The notes: generated from the sequence alone by a model not told the origin. A stretch of 64,000 nt of DNA from Octopus bimaculoides (GCF_001194135.2 NC_068983.1:68181841-68245840); one strand, 5' to 3'; counted from the first letter of the stretch, positions 38,215 to 50,829 are shown. Made by a program: numbers and translations.

Positions 38215-38468
38215 CAGTAGTGGACACATGGCACGTAAAAAGCACCATCCGATCGTGGTTGATGCTAGCTCCTCTGGCCCCTGTGCCGGTGGCATGTAAA
38301 ATGCATCCACTACACTCTCGGAGTGGTTGGCGTTAGGAAGGGCATCCAACTGTAAAAACACTGCCAGATCAGATTGGGGCCTGGTGCAGCTTCCTGGCTT
38401 CCCAGACCCCAGTCGAACCATCCAACTCATGCCAGCATGGAAAATGGATGTTAAATGATGATGATGAT
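38215..38468 (+). mobile_element. RTE 3' tail (plus orientation)
   Basis: gttaggaagggcatccaactgt...ccagcatggaaaatggatgttaaatgatgatg. Confidence 0.8.
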
Positions 38469-38948
38469 ATATATACATGTATATATATATATATATATNN
38501 NNNNNNNNNNNNNNNNNNNNNNNNNNNNNNNNNNNNNNNNNNNNNNNNNNNNNNNNNNNNNNNNNNNNNNNNNNNNNNNNNNNNNNNNNNNNNNNNNNNN
38601 NNNNNNNNNNNNNNNNNNNNNNNNNNNNNNNNNNNNNNNNNNNNNNNNNNNNNNNNNNNNNNNNNNNNNNNNNNNNNNNNNNNNNNNNNNNNNNNNNNNN
38701 NNNNNNNNNNNNNNNNNNNNNNNNNNNNNNNNNNNNNNNNNNNNNNNNNNNNNNNNNNNNNNNNNNNNNNNNNNNNNNNNNNNNNNNNNNNNNNNNNNNN
38801 NNNNNNNNNNNNNNNNNNNNNNNNNNNNNNNNNNNNNNNNNNNNNNNNNNNNNNNNNNNNNNNNNNNNNNNNNNNNNNNNNNNNNNNNNNNNNNNNNNNN
38901 NNNNNNNNNNNNNNNNNNNNNNNNNNNNNNNNNNNNNNNNNNNNNNNN

Positions 38949-39022
<74 letters not shown>

Positions 39023-39034
39023 TATGTGTGTGTA

Positions 39035-39535
39035 TTTGTTCCCCCTAACATCGCTTAGAAACCGATGTTGGTGTGTTTACATCCATGTAACTTAGCGGTT
39101 CGGCAGAAGATATCAATAGAATAAGCACCAGGCTTACAAAGAATAACTCCAGGGGTCGATTTCTTCAACTAAAAGGCGGTGCTCTAACAAGGCCACACTC
39201 AAATGACTGAAACAAGTAACAGAGTAATATATATGTGTGTGTGTGTGTCTGTGTATGTGTGTGTGTGCGCGCGCATATATATGGATATATATATATATAT
39301 ATGAATATATATACATGTGTGTCTGTGTGTGTGTGTGTGTCTGCTTGTACCCCCATCATTGCTTGACAACCAATGTTGCTGCGTTTACGTTCCCATAACT
39401 CAGCAATTCGGCAAAAGACACTGATAGAATAGGTACTAGGATTACAAAGAATAAATTCTGAGGTCAATTTTTTCAACCAAAGGAGGTGCTCCAGCATGGT
39501 CGTAGTCACATGACTGAAAGAAGTAAAACAATAAA
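39035..39535 (+). mobile_element. Two tandem SINE-A tail halves separated by microsatellite
   Basis: catcgcttagaaaccgatg... (39050) and cattgcttgacaaccaatg... (39357). Confidence 0.7.
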
Positions 39536-39599
39536 AAAACTATGCCATTTTAATCCCGACCAAAGCCAGGCATCTAGTAAATAATAAAAATCAACTTAC

Positions 39600-39702
39600 C
39601 CATCAAAGCTTCAAAACAGTTGGCCATGGCGTGCTTGAGGTCTGATTCATAACATAGATCAGGGCCATGAGCATAGAGCATGAAATCCTGCAGGTGAAGT
39701 TT
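39600..39702 (-). CDS. DROSHA: Drosha exon E15 (KLHLQDFMLYAHGPDLCYESDLKHAMANCFEALM)
   Basis: ttgtag/gtaagt, 103 nt; RIIIDa N..E catalytic pair. Confidence 0.97.
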
Positions 39703-40343
39703 CTACAAAATATACAAATTGGCATAGTCCCTTAGCAGTCTCCATACCCATCATCATCAATACATTTGTCACTTTCACCAACACCACCAGCACCACTACT
39801 ACCACCACCCTATCATTAGTGACCTTCAACACTACAACCATCTTTATACCATAATCATTTCCACCCACAAATATCTAAAGTACTGCTATCAGTAACATCA
39901 TAACCCTCATTATCACCATCACTATCATCATCAGTCAAGATCATATCTTTATCATTAGCGTTATAATCATCATGATTGCCATCATCCATAAACAATCTAC
40001 CAGAGTGCCCAGATCTCAAATTAGTTTTGCATCACAAATCTTCTCATTTTTCAATTCACTAAACTCTTCATGAGAGTGGTGGGGGACATTGATTCATAAC
40101 TTCCAATTTTTGTCTGCCCTGAACTGCATACATATCATCCTTTAACAGATACTACTGATTATAAATAATCAAGAAGAAAACAGCAGCGATAGTGTTGGTG
40201 TTGGTACTAGCATTGGTAGAGGTGGTGATGATGACATGTTATCAACACTAACTATTGAGCCATCAAAATTAAATCAACAAGCCCACAGAGACACTCCTTG
40301 CATAACTCTTACAACAAAAATAAGTCAATTGAAAAATACAAAC

Positions 40344-40443
40344 TTTTGCTAGAACAGCTAAATGTTGGTTTTGAACTATAGCTGCCCGATATGTTGTGAG
40401 ACCACCTTCTTCTAAGCCTGGAAACATGAAGAATAAGTGGACG
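40344..40443 (-). CDS. DROSHA: Drosha exon E14 (SVHLFFMFPGLEEGGLTTYRAAIVQNQHLAVLAK)
   Basis: ttgcag/gtttgt, 100 nt. Confidence 0.97.
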
Positions 40444-41755
40444 CTGCAAAAGAAAAAACACACAAAAGATTAATTCAGTGAAGCATATGAAGAAAAATTA
40501 AATTTCAATATAGTTTATGTTAGAATGGATGGCTGAGTAGAAAGAGCATCAGATAACCAGTGAAGAGATTTTTGTTCTGTATCTTGTCACCAAGTATGGC
40601 ATTTTATCTGTGGTCAAGACTTCTAATAGAAAGACATGGATTCACCTACATATAAGTAAATAGGTACAACAGGTAAATGGTATAACTAACCCTAACTGTA
40701 ACTATTGATTTATGACTGGTACTTCAGAGCAGTTAAACCTGCCTAGCTCTAAGTAGATTCCACAGGAGTGTACAATTCTTGGCTGTAAACAGATACTAAA
40801 GATTGGTATATTCCACTTAGTTGTAAGCAGGCTGAACTGGGGCTAAACAACAAAATCTCATTCTCTCTAGGTTCTCATTCATGTGTTTCTGAGATCAAAT
40901 CCCATTAAGGCCAAGTTTCCTTTTTCATGTTTCTAATCACAATTCTACCCACTATGAAACTAGTTGTGATAGTTCAACATCCTATGTAAGACACATTTAT
41001 CTTGTATTTTTTTTAAAGCTACAAAGCTGGTAAGAACAGCAACTATTTGGATCTATATGATTCAGAAAACAATTGGCATTTGTTGTGGTTTTTGCTATTT
41101 TTTAGTTTACTATATTGGCTAAACAAACTTCATTCAAATGTTTTATCAAATAGAAGTTGTTAGCTCTGTAACATATTGGATCAAAGCAGCACATGTTTTT
41201 CCAACAGATATTGACCCTGTTAAGAATGGGCATCAGCTGGGTATCACTCCTCTAGGAAGACATGGAAAGGTTATGAGCACTGCCTCAAAACAAAAACTAT
41301 TTGGAAACTTTTTCCCAAGCAATTTGCATCTACAAGTCAGAGTGACAAAACCAATCTCTCTCTCTCTCTCTCTCACCCAATAAACTCTACACACAACATA
41401 CTTTTACAGTGCTCCCACTGCACACAGCATCAGACTTTGGTACCTGCTTACAGTTAAATGGGTTGGACAAATAAGAGTTAATTATGAAACCACTGTCCCT
41501 TCGGCTATCAGCCTAATATACTATTGACTCTTATTGTCTGCAATAATTTTAACACCAAGTGTTGTGCAATGGAGTACCACACGAGATAATTCATTCTTCC
41601 TGGAATTGAATGTACTTGTGAGGGACACAACACAATACTGACCAAGATTTGACTCAGTGATCTTGCAGCTAACTGGCTGGCAGCCTGTCACCCCAACCAA
41701 CTATGACCATCAACTATGACACTCTAAAAACAATGCATGAAAATTGATAGTTTAC

Positions 41756-41876
41756 CTTGATAGGAATTCAACAACAGCATCACCCAGGAACTCCATCCTT
41801 TCATTATGAGGTATTTCAGAAGATGTTTCTTCTTTGTGTCCCATCCGGGACATGATGTCAATGAGAATATTGATGC
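41756..41876 (-). CDS. DROSHA: Drosha exon E13 (GINILIDIMSRMGHKEETSSEIPHNERMEFLGDAVVEFLS), RIIIDa signature
   Basis: gaccag/gtaaac, 121 nt; RNase III signature. Confidence 0.97.
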
Positions 41877-41978
41877 CTGGTCAAAGGAGAAATGTAGAGC
41901 AGTTATAAGAAGAGTTTGTGCCAGAGACAGAAAGATGAATACGAATTTTGAGAGAGAATGTAAAATGAAGTTTTCTAT

Positions 41979-42335
41979 ATCATCATCATCATCATCACCA
42001 TCATTTAACATCTGTTGTCCATGCTGGCATGGGTTGGACGGTTTGACTGGGCTGACACGCTGGAAGGCTGCACCAGGCCCCAGTCTGATTTGACATGGTT
42101 TTCTACAGCTGGATGCCCTTCCTAATGCCAACCATTCTGAGAGTGTAAAGAGTGCTTTTACATGCCACCAGCACAGGTGCCATTTGTGTGACACTGGTAT
42201 CAGCCATGATTGCAATTTTGCCCGGCTTGATGGATCTTCTTCTCAAGCACAACATAATGCCAAAGGTCTTGGTCATTGCCTCTATGAGGCCCATCACTTG
42301 AAAGGAACTCAGCCACCTACCTCGCCTCCGTGAGG
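41979..42335 (-). mobile_element. RTE 3' tail plus ORF end
   Basis: (CAT)n tail and a GLIEAMT...IMLCLRRR remnant. Confidence 0.8.
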
Positions 42336-43336
42336 TCCAGAATTTATCAGTGTAACTGAGAATCATCATCCAGACTGATGTAAATCTTCCATGCTAGACG
42401 TCCCAATCAAGCAGTGAGACATGAATGTCTTGTATGGGTTTTAGTCACATTAGTCTTACCCTAGCTGAAATATCTCATCTCCATATGCTACAACTGCAAA
42501 TGAGAACACTCATTCATTAACTGAATTGGTTGATCTTGGTCATTGACAGTTTGCTGTCAGACAAACATAACTGAGAATAAGCTAGCTAATTCAATAAGAA
42601 CTAGTCAAATACTGGAGTTGATTTAACCAAATATACACCCCACCCTAACCACTTACAAAATTTCTGGTGCAGATATAAGAAATCATTAAGGAAGAGGGCA
42701 ACAAGTTTAAAAAAAAATTCTAAGAGGCCAGGAAAATGCCTAGCAATGTTTAGTTATGTGTCTTTCTTTACAATTCAATTTTAAAGTCAACTTTATTTTG
42801 CATCCAAACACAGTTGATAAAATAAGTACTATCAACATAACGTGACAGACTCAATCAGCTATACTTCTCCCCTTCACATTTATAGCCATGTACTAATGTT
42901 ATAAATCCTTGATTTATCTGAGAGCTTAAATCCCAACAAGACTTACTGTGTTTTTCCTCCTTCTTGGATCAATAAAATAAGGTAGCAGTGAAGTATTGAA
43001 TCAATTTAATTAACTAAACCCCTCCACTAAATTTGTGGTCGTATGTTTATGTTAGAAATCATTATTATTACTGAAAGGAGAGTTGTAAATCAGCAATGAT
43101 TGAGCATCAGACAAAAGGCTTTACAGTAATTAGTTTCATCCATTTTATATTCCAAGTTCAATTCCTGCCAGAGTCAATTTTACTTCTCAAAAGTACTGGT
43201 AAAATACAGAGTCAGTCTCATAAGAATATAATCTCTCCCCAACAAATATTGACCTTAACATGCTACATGAAGACAATATCTATAGGGGTTTTGACAATAT
43301 CAAAAGAGTTTTTTCACAAAAGAAATTTCTAAGCTA

Positions 43337-43440
43337 CATTTATGTATTTATTTTGCAATATTCTTGATGTAAAATCATGTGCTGAAATAGATATTGTTAT
43401 ATTTGGGGATGGTCATCTTTTGCCAATTAAGCACATTAGC

Positions 43441-43472
<32 letters not shown>

Positions 43473-43684
43473 GGCGGTGAGCTGACAGAATCATTAGCAC
43501 ACCAGGCGAAATGTTTAGTGGCATTTCACCCATCTTTACGTTCTGAGCTCAAATTCCGCTGAAGTGAACTTTGTCTTTCATCCTTTCAGGGTTGATAAAT
43601 TAAGTACCAGCAAAACACTGGAGCCAATGTAATTGACTAGTTCCCTCCCCACAAATGTCAATCCTTGAGCCTTTAGTAGAAAGG

Positions 43685-43716
<32 letters not shown>

Positions 43717-43985
43717 CATTATTATTATTGTTAGTTTAGACACACATACAGATACAGGTATAAACACATGCACAGATAGGGATACATGCCACAGAAAGGC
43801 AAAATAGAATAGACAAGAGCAGAGAGAAGAGGAAACACAAGGAACAGAAAGCTGAAGAGGTCACAGAATGAATAACATAAGAGCTCTGATAAATAACCTA
43901 ATAATAATAATAATAAAGCTAAAATGAAGATCTAATAAATAGTCCATGTGTTTAATTGGCAACAGATGACCATCCCCAAATAAAA
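43337..43985. mobile_element. Older copy of the Penelope-like inverted-repeat family, with SINE-B inserted (43470-43690)
   Basis: tatttggggatggtcatc..tgccaattaa at 43397-43430 is inverted at 43945-43982; homologous to 26075-26310. Confidence 0.65.
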
Positions 43986-44039
43986 CCAATTTCTAAGTGT
44001 TAACTTCAAAAGTCTAGAAAAGGTTAATATTCCACAGAC

Positions 44040-44178
44040 CTCTTTTTCTTGTATGAACATAATGTATTTTACGGTCTCCATATTCCACTTGACGTGAGCC
44101 ACAGTTGGTCAATGAGTTACGAGCGTGGTCAGGGTTGGTGCCATAGTTCACTCGATAAGAGGTGTGCGTGAGTGCCAA
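44040..44178 (-). CDS. DROSHA: Drosha exon E12 (LALTHTSYRVNYGTNPDHARNSLTNCGSRQVEYGDRKIHYVHTRKR)
   Basis: cttccag acceptor; donor gtctgt (weak) is required by the phase of E13. Confidence 0.95.
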
Positions 44179-44319
44179 CTGGAAGACAGAGAGAAATGTG
44201 TGAAAAAGAGTGCAATAGAATGGTGAGAGTGCAGAGAGCAATACATATACAGAAAAAAGGAGAAAGGAAAGGGGGAATGAGAGATAGTAATGAAATAAGA
44301 GTGTTAGAACTCTAACACA

Positions 44320-44455
44320 TTTGGCATTAGGAAGGGCATCCAGCTGTAGAAACCATGCCAAATCAGATTGGAACCTGATGCAGCTCTCCAGCTTGCTAGT
44401 TTCAGTCAAACTGTCTAACCCATGCCAGCATGGAAAGCAGATGCTAAATGATGAG
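44320..44455 (+). mobile_element. RTE 3' tail (plus orientation)
   Basis: Same tail family. Confidence 0.8.
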
Positions 44456-45117
44456 AACAACTCAGAGGTGGAGTGTAGAATTGAGTGTTAACTGATAAGA
44501 GAGAGATCGAATTGAGTGCTAACTATATGAGAGAGAGATCAAATCTTCCTCAAGAACATCACGAAACAACAGAGAATCATCATTATTATTCTACATCTGT
44601 TTCTCTTTGCTTGTATGTGTCCAATCCATTAGTCTAACATGTCCCTTCCATATTTCTCAATTAATGCAAGTTATGTGAAATACCATATAACAGATTCCAG
44701 ATCTTTCAATGGTTTCTCAGCAATAATATTTCTAATTCTTGTACTCATTAGTATGCAAGTTGCTGTTGTTAATGTTATTTATCCCACCAATCAGCGCTAA
44801 TCAAGCAGATCTACAACCAAAAGCATTCAAAGCATTCCAGCTGCAACCATCTCGTTTCATTATTTAAGCATTTGCTTATTAAACATGTCCTACATATATT
44901 TTAAGACAGTAGGGAGAATTTAACTGTTACTTGTAGCACAGAGAGACTCCTTCAATGCACACAATGACTCGCTAGTAACATATGGCTATATCATAAAAGA
45001 GAAAAGACAAAGAAACAAAAGACATAACTCAAAATCAACCATCAAGATTTTTAAACTGCAGAATGTTATAATCTGTTCATACAGAGGTTGTAAAACAAAG
45101 AAATAAGCTACACCTAC

Positions 45118-45225
45118 CTGTAGCAGACTGCGGTCACTAAATTTATAGCCTAAATAACCTTCAAGAATGGCCAAAGACTTATGGAATCGTAGGTGACATA
45201 ATAAAACAGGTAATAACATCACATG
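45118..45225 (-). CDS. DROSHA: Drosha exon E11 (HVMLLPVLLCHLRFHKSLAILEGYLGYKFSDRSLLQ)
   Basis: ttttcag/gtaggt, 36 codons. Confidence 0.96.
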
Positions 45226-45449
45226 CTGAAAAGAAAGGAAAAAGAATAGTTTTTTATAAGTCAATTCATACTTTTTATTATACTTATGATGATGATTTAA
45301 CAAAGTAAGGTATTGGAGTGGTAAAATGGATAAAGGTGCCAAACAAAATGCTTTGTGGTATTTAGATATATCCTTTTATGTTCTGAGTTCAAATCTCTCT
45401 CAGCCATATTCACTTTTCATTTGTCTGGTGAGTTAACAATTAAGTACCA

Positions 45450-45885
45450 TGGATGGGTCTCATGGAAGAGGGAGAAGACATTGGACGAGGTACTGAAGGA
45501 CAACCTTAGGATGCTGAACCTTTCAGACATGATGACAAATGACTAAGATACCAGACACCTTGCTGAACTCAAGAAGACCTGTCCACCACAGCAGAAGTGT
45601 TAAGGCCACTCCCCTTGGTGAAGAGCATTAACCTGCAAAAGTCCTGTGGTAACACATAAAAAGCACTTGTGTTGGTGCCACGTAAACGTGCTCATGCCGG
45701 TGCCATGTTACAAGCACCCAGCACACACTGTAAAGTGATTGGCATTAAGAAGGGCATCCAGCTGTAGAAGCCAAGCGAAATCAGATTGGAACCTGGTGCA
45801 GTTTTCCAGCTTGCCAGTTCTGGTCAAGCCATCCAACCCATGCCAGCATGGAAAACGGACGTTAAGGGATGAGAATGCTGATGTT
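45450..45885 (+). mobile_element. 5'-truncated RTE flanked by 111-bp direct repeats
   Basis: ORF end (GWVSWKREKTLDEVLKDNLRMLNL) plus tail; repeats at 45339-45449 and 45886-45996. Confidence 0.85.
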
Positions 45886-46039
45886 CCAAACAAAATGCTT
45901 TATGGTATTTAGATACATCCTTTTATGCCCTGAGTTCAAATCCCTCTCAGTGATCTTCACTTTTCATTTGTCTGGTGAGTCAACAATTAAGTACCACAAA
46001 TATACTGGATCACATGAAGTAAGAGCTGATAGCACATAC

Positions 46040-46118
46040 CTGACACACATCAGACTTGATACCAGTTCGGATAAAACCTTCACTGCTGATTTCCACAGTC
46101 ACTTCTCTTTTCATTGTA
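46040..46118 (-). CDS. DROSHA: Drosha exon E10 (TMKREVTVEISSEGFIRTGIKSDVCQ)
   Basis: ttttcag/gtatgt, 79 nt. Confidence 0.96.
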
Positions 46119-47170
46119 CTGAAAAATAAAGAGGACTTGCTTAATAATTATTAACACTAACCACCATAAAGATTTCTTTTTGCTTTTGTTTTATTTTCAT
46201 TCTATGCTATCAGCTTTGCTACAAAAAGTTGCTAGCTTCTCACTCAACTATTCTCCATTCCTAGGAAAACAGATGCTGCAAGAAAGCCTTCATCACCCTT
46301 TCCACGGTACAACAAAGCCAATTCCCAAAGCTAGAAAAAGAAAGAGAGAAGCAGAGGGAAAGAAGAAACGACTCTAATACCTGACTAATATTTTATTAGT
46401 GATGCCTTGAAGGACAAAGTTGATTTAGGAAGGGTCTAAGCATAGAGCACAGAAAGCCAAAACAAATCCTGAAAACCAATCTGTCCAATGCTCTGACATT
46501 ATCAATTCCCTGACTACCCACTGCAAGCTACCAAACTATTAATACTACTACCATGATCACTGTAAGTACTACTGTAACCACTGTAAACCACCAAACTATT
46601 ATTAACATGTCAATACTTTAAACCACAAAACAATTCTCAGTGATGTGTATTCTAATTTTTAAAACAGGTATGCTGTGTCCCTACTTGCTGTGAGAGGCGG
46701 CTAACAGATCTGGCATAAAGAAGAGTCTTTGGCCATACAACATACTTAACACATGCCAGCATGAAAAAGCAGATAAATGATGATGATAATGGTGGTGGTG
46801 GTGGTGGTTGTGGTGGTGGTGGTGTTTTTGTTGATGATGATGATGATGTAACCATTATAAACTACCACACTGGCCAACAACTTTAATTCACCACTACACC
46901 TTAACCTTTGACACATCAACTAATACTATAAAAAAGAGACAACTACATCACTATAGTTGCTGCTACGACTATCATAACATCCCTACAGTCGCTGCCATGC
47001 ACCACATCCACCATTACACAACCGCTGCCAACATCACACCACCACACCCATCATCATACACCCACAGAGCCCATCATCTGGCCCTTCATCTTTTGCCCCA
47101 AGATAAGTAAAAATAGAATTGAAATAAAACTGAAATTTTCAAAAACCTCCAAGGGGTAAATCTAACTCAC

Positions 47171-47299
47171 CTTTTGAGTCGCAACTGTTGCAGAAATTCT
47201 TCCTTCATCTGTAATTTGTTCTTATCTGCATATGTTACTTTTGGTTTGCTCGTTAGCAGGTGTTTATACTTCACATATTGTTTCCAGGCTTTCTGATAA
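47171..47299 (-). CDS. DROSHA: Drosha exon E9 (YQKAWKQYVKYKHLLTSKPKVTYADKNKLQMKEEFLQQLRLK)
   Basis: ctacag/gtgagt, 129 nt. Confidence 0.96.
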
Positions 47300-47791
47300 C
47301 TGTAGAATAAGAAAATGAAAGTATATTGTGAGAGAAATTGGGAGATGAACAAAGACATGCCAATAGAGCTACAGTTTTAACAATAAATATCTCAGGTGCC
47401 CAGATGTGTTCTCATTTCATTTTACACTCAAATTTAAATGATCTGTCATCTATCTGAGTGTCCATCTCATCAACTCAGAAATTTCTAGAGAAACAGTTTA
47501 ATGCATTGAGGAGTGAATTCTGTCTTAGAAGAATGACAGGCAGCATTAACATGAGCATGGTTTGGACAAAGAATGTAATGAAAATAAAACTGTATTTAGT
47601 CTTATAATAAACAGTGTAATGAGAGTGTAATGGTCTGACTCTAACTTTATAATTGGAAAGCCAACCACTGTGGAAAAAAAAACATATCTTCATCATTAGT
47701 TTAATATATTTTCCATGTTGAAATGGGTTAGATAGGTATGCAAACAGCATATCTTCAGTTATCTAAATACTGAGTCACCTGTTTCATGAGT

Positions 47792-47943
47792 ATACTTAGA
47801 ATTAACCTCACCTTTATTGGTGAGCATACTCAGTACTGTATTAGTCAGCTTACTCAGAACTAACCTCACCTTTATTGGTGAGCATATTCGGAACTTAATT
47901 GGTCAGCATACTCAGAATTAACATCACCTTTATTGGTGCTCAC
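47792..47943. repeat. 58-bp tandem repeat, about 2.6 copies
   Basis: ctcacctttattggtgag recurs at 47807, 47865 and 47923. Confidence 0.9.
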
Positions 47944-48529
47944 TATATCTGACACCTCTTACCATTAGTTATTAATACATTTTCTCATTCATTCACATCA
48001 CAAGTCTATCCATATCAATTACTTCATCTTTCCTGTAAACAGCAACTGATGTCCTCAATGCCAAGTAATCTTTCCAACTCATTTGTACTCAGCCTTTTGT
48101 GTAAATTTACACTGCACACTTATGAAATTATAGTTAACTCATTTCTCTCCAATGCTTATAGTTATTCTAGGACTTATTCATGTCTCACCACCTTAAAACA
48201 TTAGTTCATTCTGACAATATGCAAAATTGTCAAAAACTTTTTTTAATTTAAAAAAATTGTTACAGAGCTTGTGAAAAGGAGAGATTTAAGAAGATATGGA
48301 ACAGGACAGTGAAGGACTTTCAGATCTTGAGCCTCACAGACGAGAATGCAGGGAATGATATGATTGGCAATTTACTGTGCTTGGGGAAACCTGCTCATCT
48401 AGGCAAAAATTGGGTCTTAGAGGCATGTCTGTACCCCAGCACACAATCTGTCCCTGACAAGTCTCTCCCCAGCATTTCATCTTCCTAACACCCTGCCCTC
48501 CACCTATGTTCACCAGATTGTACCACTTC

Positions 48530-48972
48530 ACTTATATTCACCTTCCTCTAACTTGAGGGTGCACCCTGACATATCTTCACTTCCATCTTCTCTCTCTCTC
48601 TCTCTCTTCCCTTCTTTTTTCTTTTCTAACTGGGATGGTCATGGATCTCCTCTACAACAAGATACCTGTTTCAGTTCCTCTATCATACTTTAACCCCACT
48701 ACCCATCACCTGCCACCTCCCTCAATACTACTCTCCCTTTCAGTTGAGGGGGGGATCTTGTTTTGTAAGATACTTGGTGACCTCACTGCTGCTGATGCCA
48801 CATAAAAAGCACTCAGTACACTCTGTAAAGTGGCTGGTTTTAGGAAGGGCAACCTATCAACCATGCCAAAGCAAACGGCAGAGCTTGATGCAGTCTTCTG
48901 ACTTGCCAGCTCCAGTCAAACTGTCCAACCAATGCCAGCGAGGAAAATGGATGTTAAATGATGACGATGATA
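48530..48972 (+). mobile_element. RTE-tail element (long 3'UTR variant)
   Basis: Inverted relative of 56761-57260. Confidence 0.7.
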
Positions 48973-49347
48973 AGTAGGATGGAGTAATAGAAGTAAAACA
49001 ATAAAAATAAACAAATAAAGGAATTAAACTAAATTGGAGTTCAACAATAAAACTTCCCATCCCTCATAAAAACTACAATTTGATTAGACATAAGGAAAAT
49101 TTTTAAGAATCATGATAATCCTTTCAACTACACACAAGAACAATTCTTGGAAAGAAGGGAAGAGGTCAAATAAATTGGCCCAACATATTAGTAGCACTCA
49201 TTTTAGTGATCCCAAGAGGTATAAAAAGTTAATCAGCCCTGATGGGATTTGAACACAGAATGCATAAGGCATTTACCATTTCTTAATGAGAATAATTAAT
49301 CACTTTTATTAACATGCTTTAGCTGATATTTGAAAAGTTGTTCATAC

Positions 49348-49472
49348 TTAGGATCACCGGCATAACTGAGCTGTGCTGGACGTATACCAAAATGAATGAT
49401 GAGAGGATAGGTGATCACATCTGGTTTTAACTGCTGCCGATCAAGTTGGTCAACACGGATAGAACTTGGTTT
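49348..49472 (-). CDS. DROSHA: Drosha exon E8 (KPSSIRVDQLDRQQLKPDVITYPLIIHFGIRPAQLSYAGDP)
   Basis: tttcag/gtatga, 125 nt; near-identical to the conserved PAZ-like entry motif. Confidence 0.97.
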
Positions 49473-49670
49473 CTGAAACAGAATAGTTACACATCTAAAG
49501 TCTGTGTAGCAACTATGTGTTGGTCATGTTGCTTGATGTTATGTTAGATATTTGTGATGGCATAAGTATATTAAGGCTGTGATTTCAAAGTATGTGCGAC
49601 AGTATTACAACTATTGTATGATACACACACAAACACATGTATGTATATATATATATATCTGTGTGTGTGT

Positions 49671-49713
<43 letters not shown>

Positions 49714-49718
49714 ATATA

Positions 49719-49946
49719 TTGGGTTGTCCGGAAAGTTCATGCTGATTTTTAAAGGAAAGAAAAAGGTCAATAAATACTTGCCATTACATTTTTAATCAAC
49801 CAAATATGAACCATTTTGTTGCACAATGCGTCTCCATCTTTCCTTTAACTTGAAAATACCCTCTTCCCAGAATTGAGGTGGTTTCATGGCAAATAAGTCG
49901 AAAGGTAAGCTACTATAAATTGGCACGAACTTTCCGGACAACCCAA
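49719..49946 (-). mobile_element. 228-bp internally deleted mariner
   Basis: 24-bp TIRs ttgggttgtccggaaagttc(a/g)tgc (23 of 24 match), TA on both sides; retains FWEEGIFKLKERWRRIVQQNGSY. Confidence 0.9.
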
Positions 49947-50129
49947 TATATATAAACAATGAGTTTCTTTCACTTTCCACCTACCAAATCCACTCAAAAA
50001 ACTTTGATTGGCCCAAGGTTATAGAACACACTAACCCATAGTACTGCACAGTGAGACTGACCTAAAATTATGTGGTTAGTAAGCAAGCTTCTTAATCACA
50101 AAGTCAAGCCTGCACCCATACAGACTCTA

Positions 50130-50196
50130 TGGTCCCATATCAGGAATTGAACACGAGTTGTTTGTGTGAAAGCCAAGTGTTCTAACCACGAGACAC
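50130..50196 (-). pseudogene. Decayed tRNA-Glu(TTC)-like sequence
   Basis: Minus strand GTCTCGTGGTTAGAACACTTGGCTTTCACACAAACAACTCGTGTTCAATTCCTGATATGGGACCA resembles tRNA-Glu; 5' acceptor strand missing. Confidence 0.45.
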
Positions 50197-50829
50197 TGCT
50201 AGTAATATTGACGGTCACTAACTAATAAATTTTCCTTCCCCCATATTTAATTCTAGTTAGTTTTTTAATGTTCCATGCACTAAATATATAAATACTAAAT
50301 TCACTGTTTATAAACAATTCTATTTTCCTATACCAGCAAAGGTACAACCATATATAGTTAAATAGTGAATCTTTCAACATTAGTTTGGCAAGTATGCTGC
50401 AAGATATGCTTTGCTGAGGAGGAAAGAATAAAACTGAAACACTAGTCATTGGCATAATTATTTCAACTTCACTCTTTAATACTTAATGTAATGAATATCT
50501 TAACACTAACTTACCTAAAATTTTTCATGTTGATAGTGTCTTTGTATTAATTTATAATAATAATAATAATACTTTCTACTAAAGGCACAAGGCCTGAAAT
50601 CTTGAGGGCAGTGGCAAGTCATTACATCAACCCCAATGCTCAACTGGTACTTATTTTATCAACCTCAAAAGGATGAAAGGCAAAGCTGTCCTCAGTGGAA
50701 TTTGAACTCAGAACATAAAGTCAGACAAAATGCTTAGTGGCATTTTGTCCAGCATACTAACAATTCTGCCAGCTCATAGCTTTTATAATAACAACAACAA
50801 CAATAATAATAATTAATAACACTACTAAC

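Noticed and set aside
39740-39990. Low-complexity CAT/ACC tracts with ORFs (also 46780-47070)
   Set aside because: Degenerate trinucleotide repeats with no coding evidence.
47792-47943. CRISPR-like regular repeats (also 14600-16170, 53487-53574)
   Set aside because: Eukaryotic context, no unique spacers and no cas genes.
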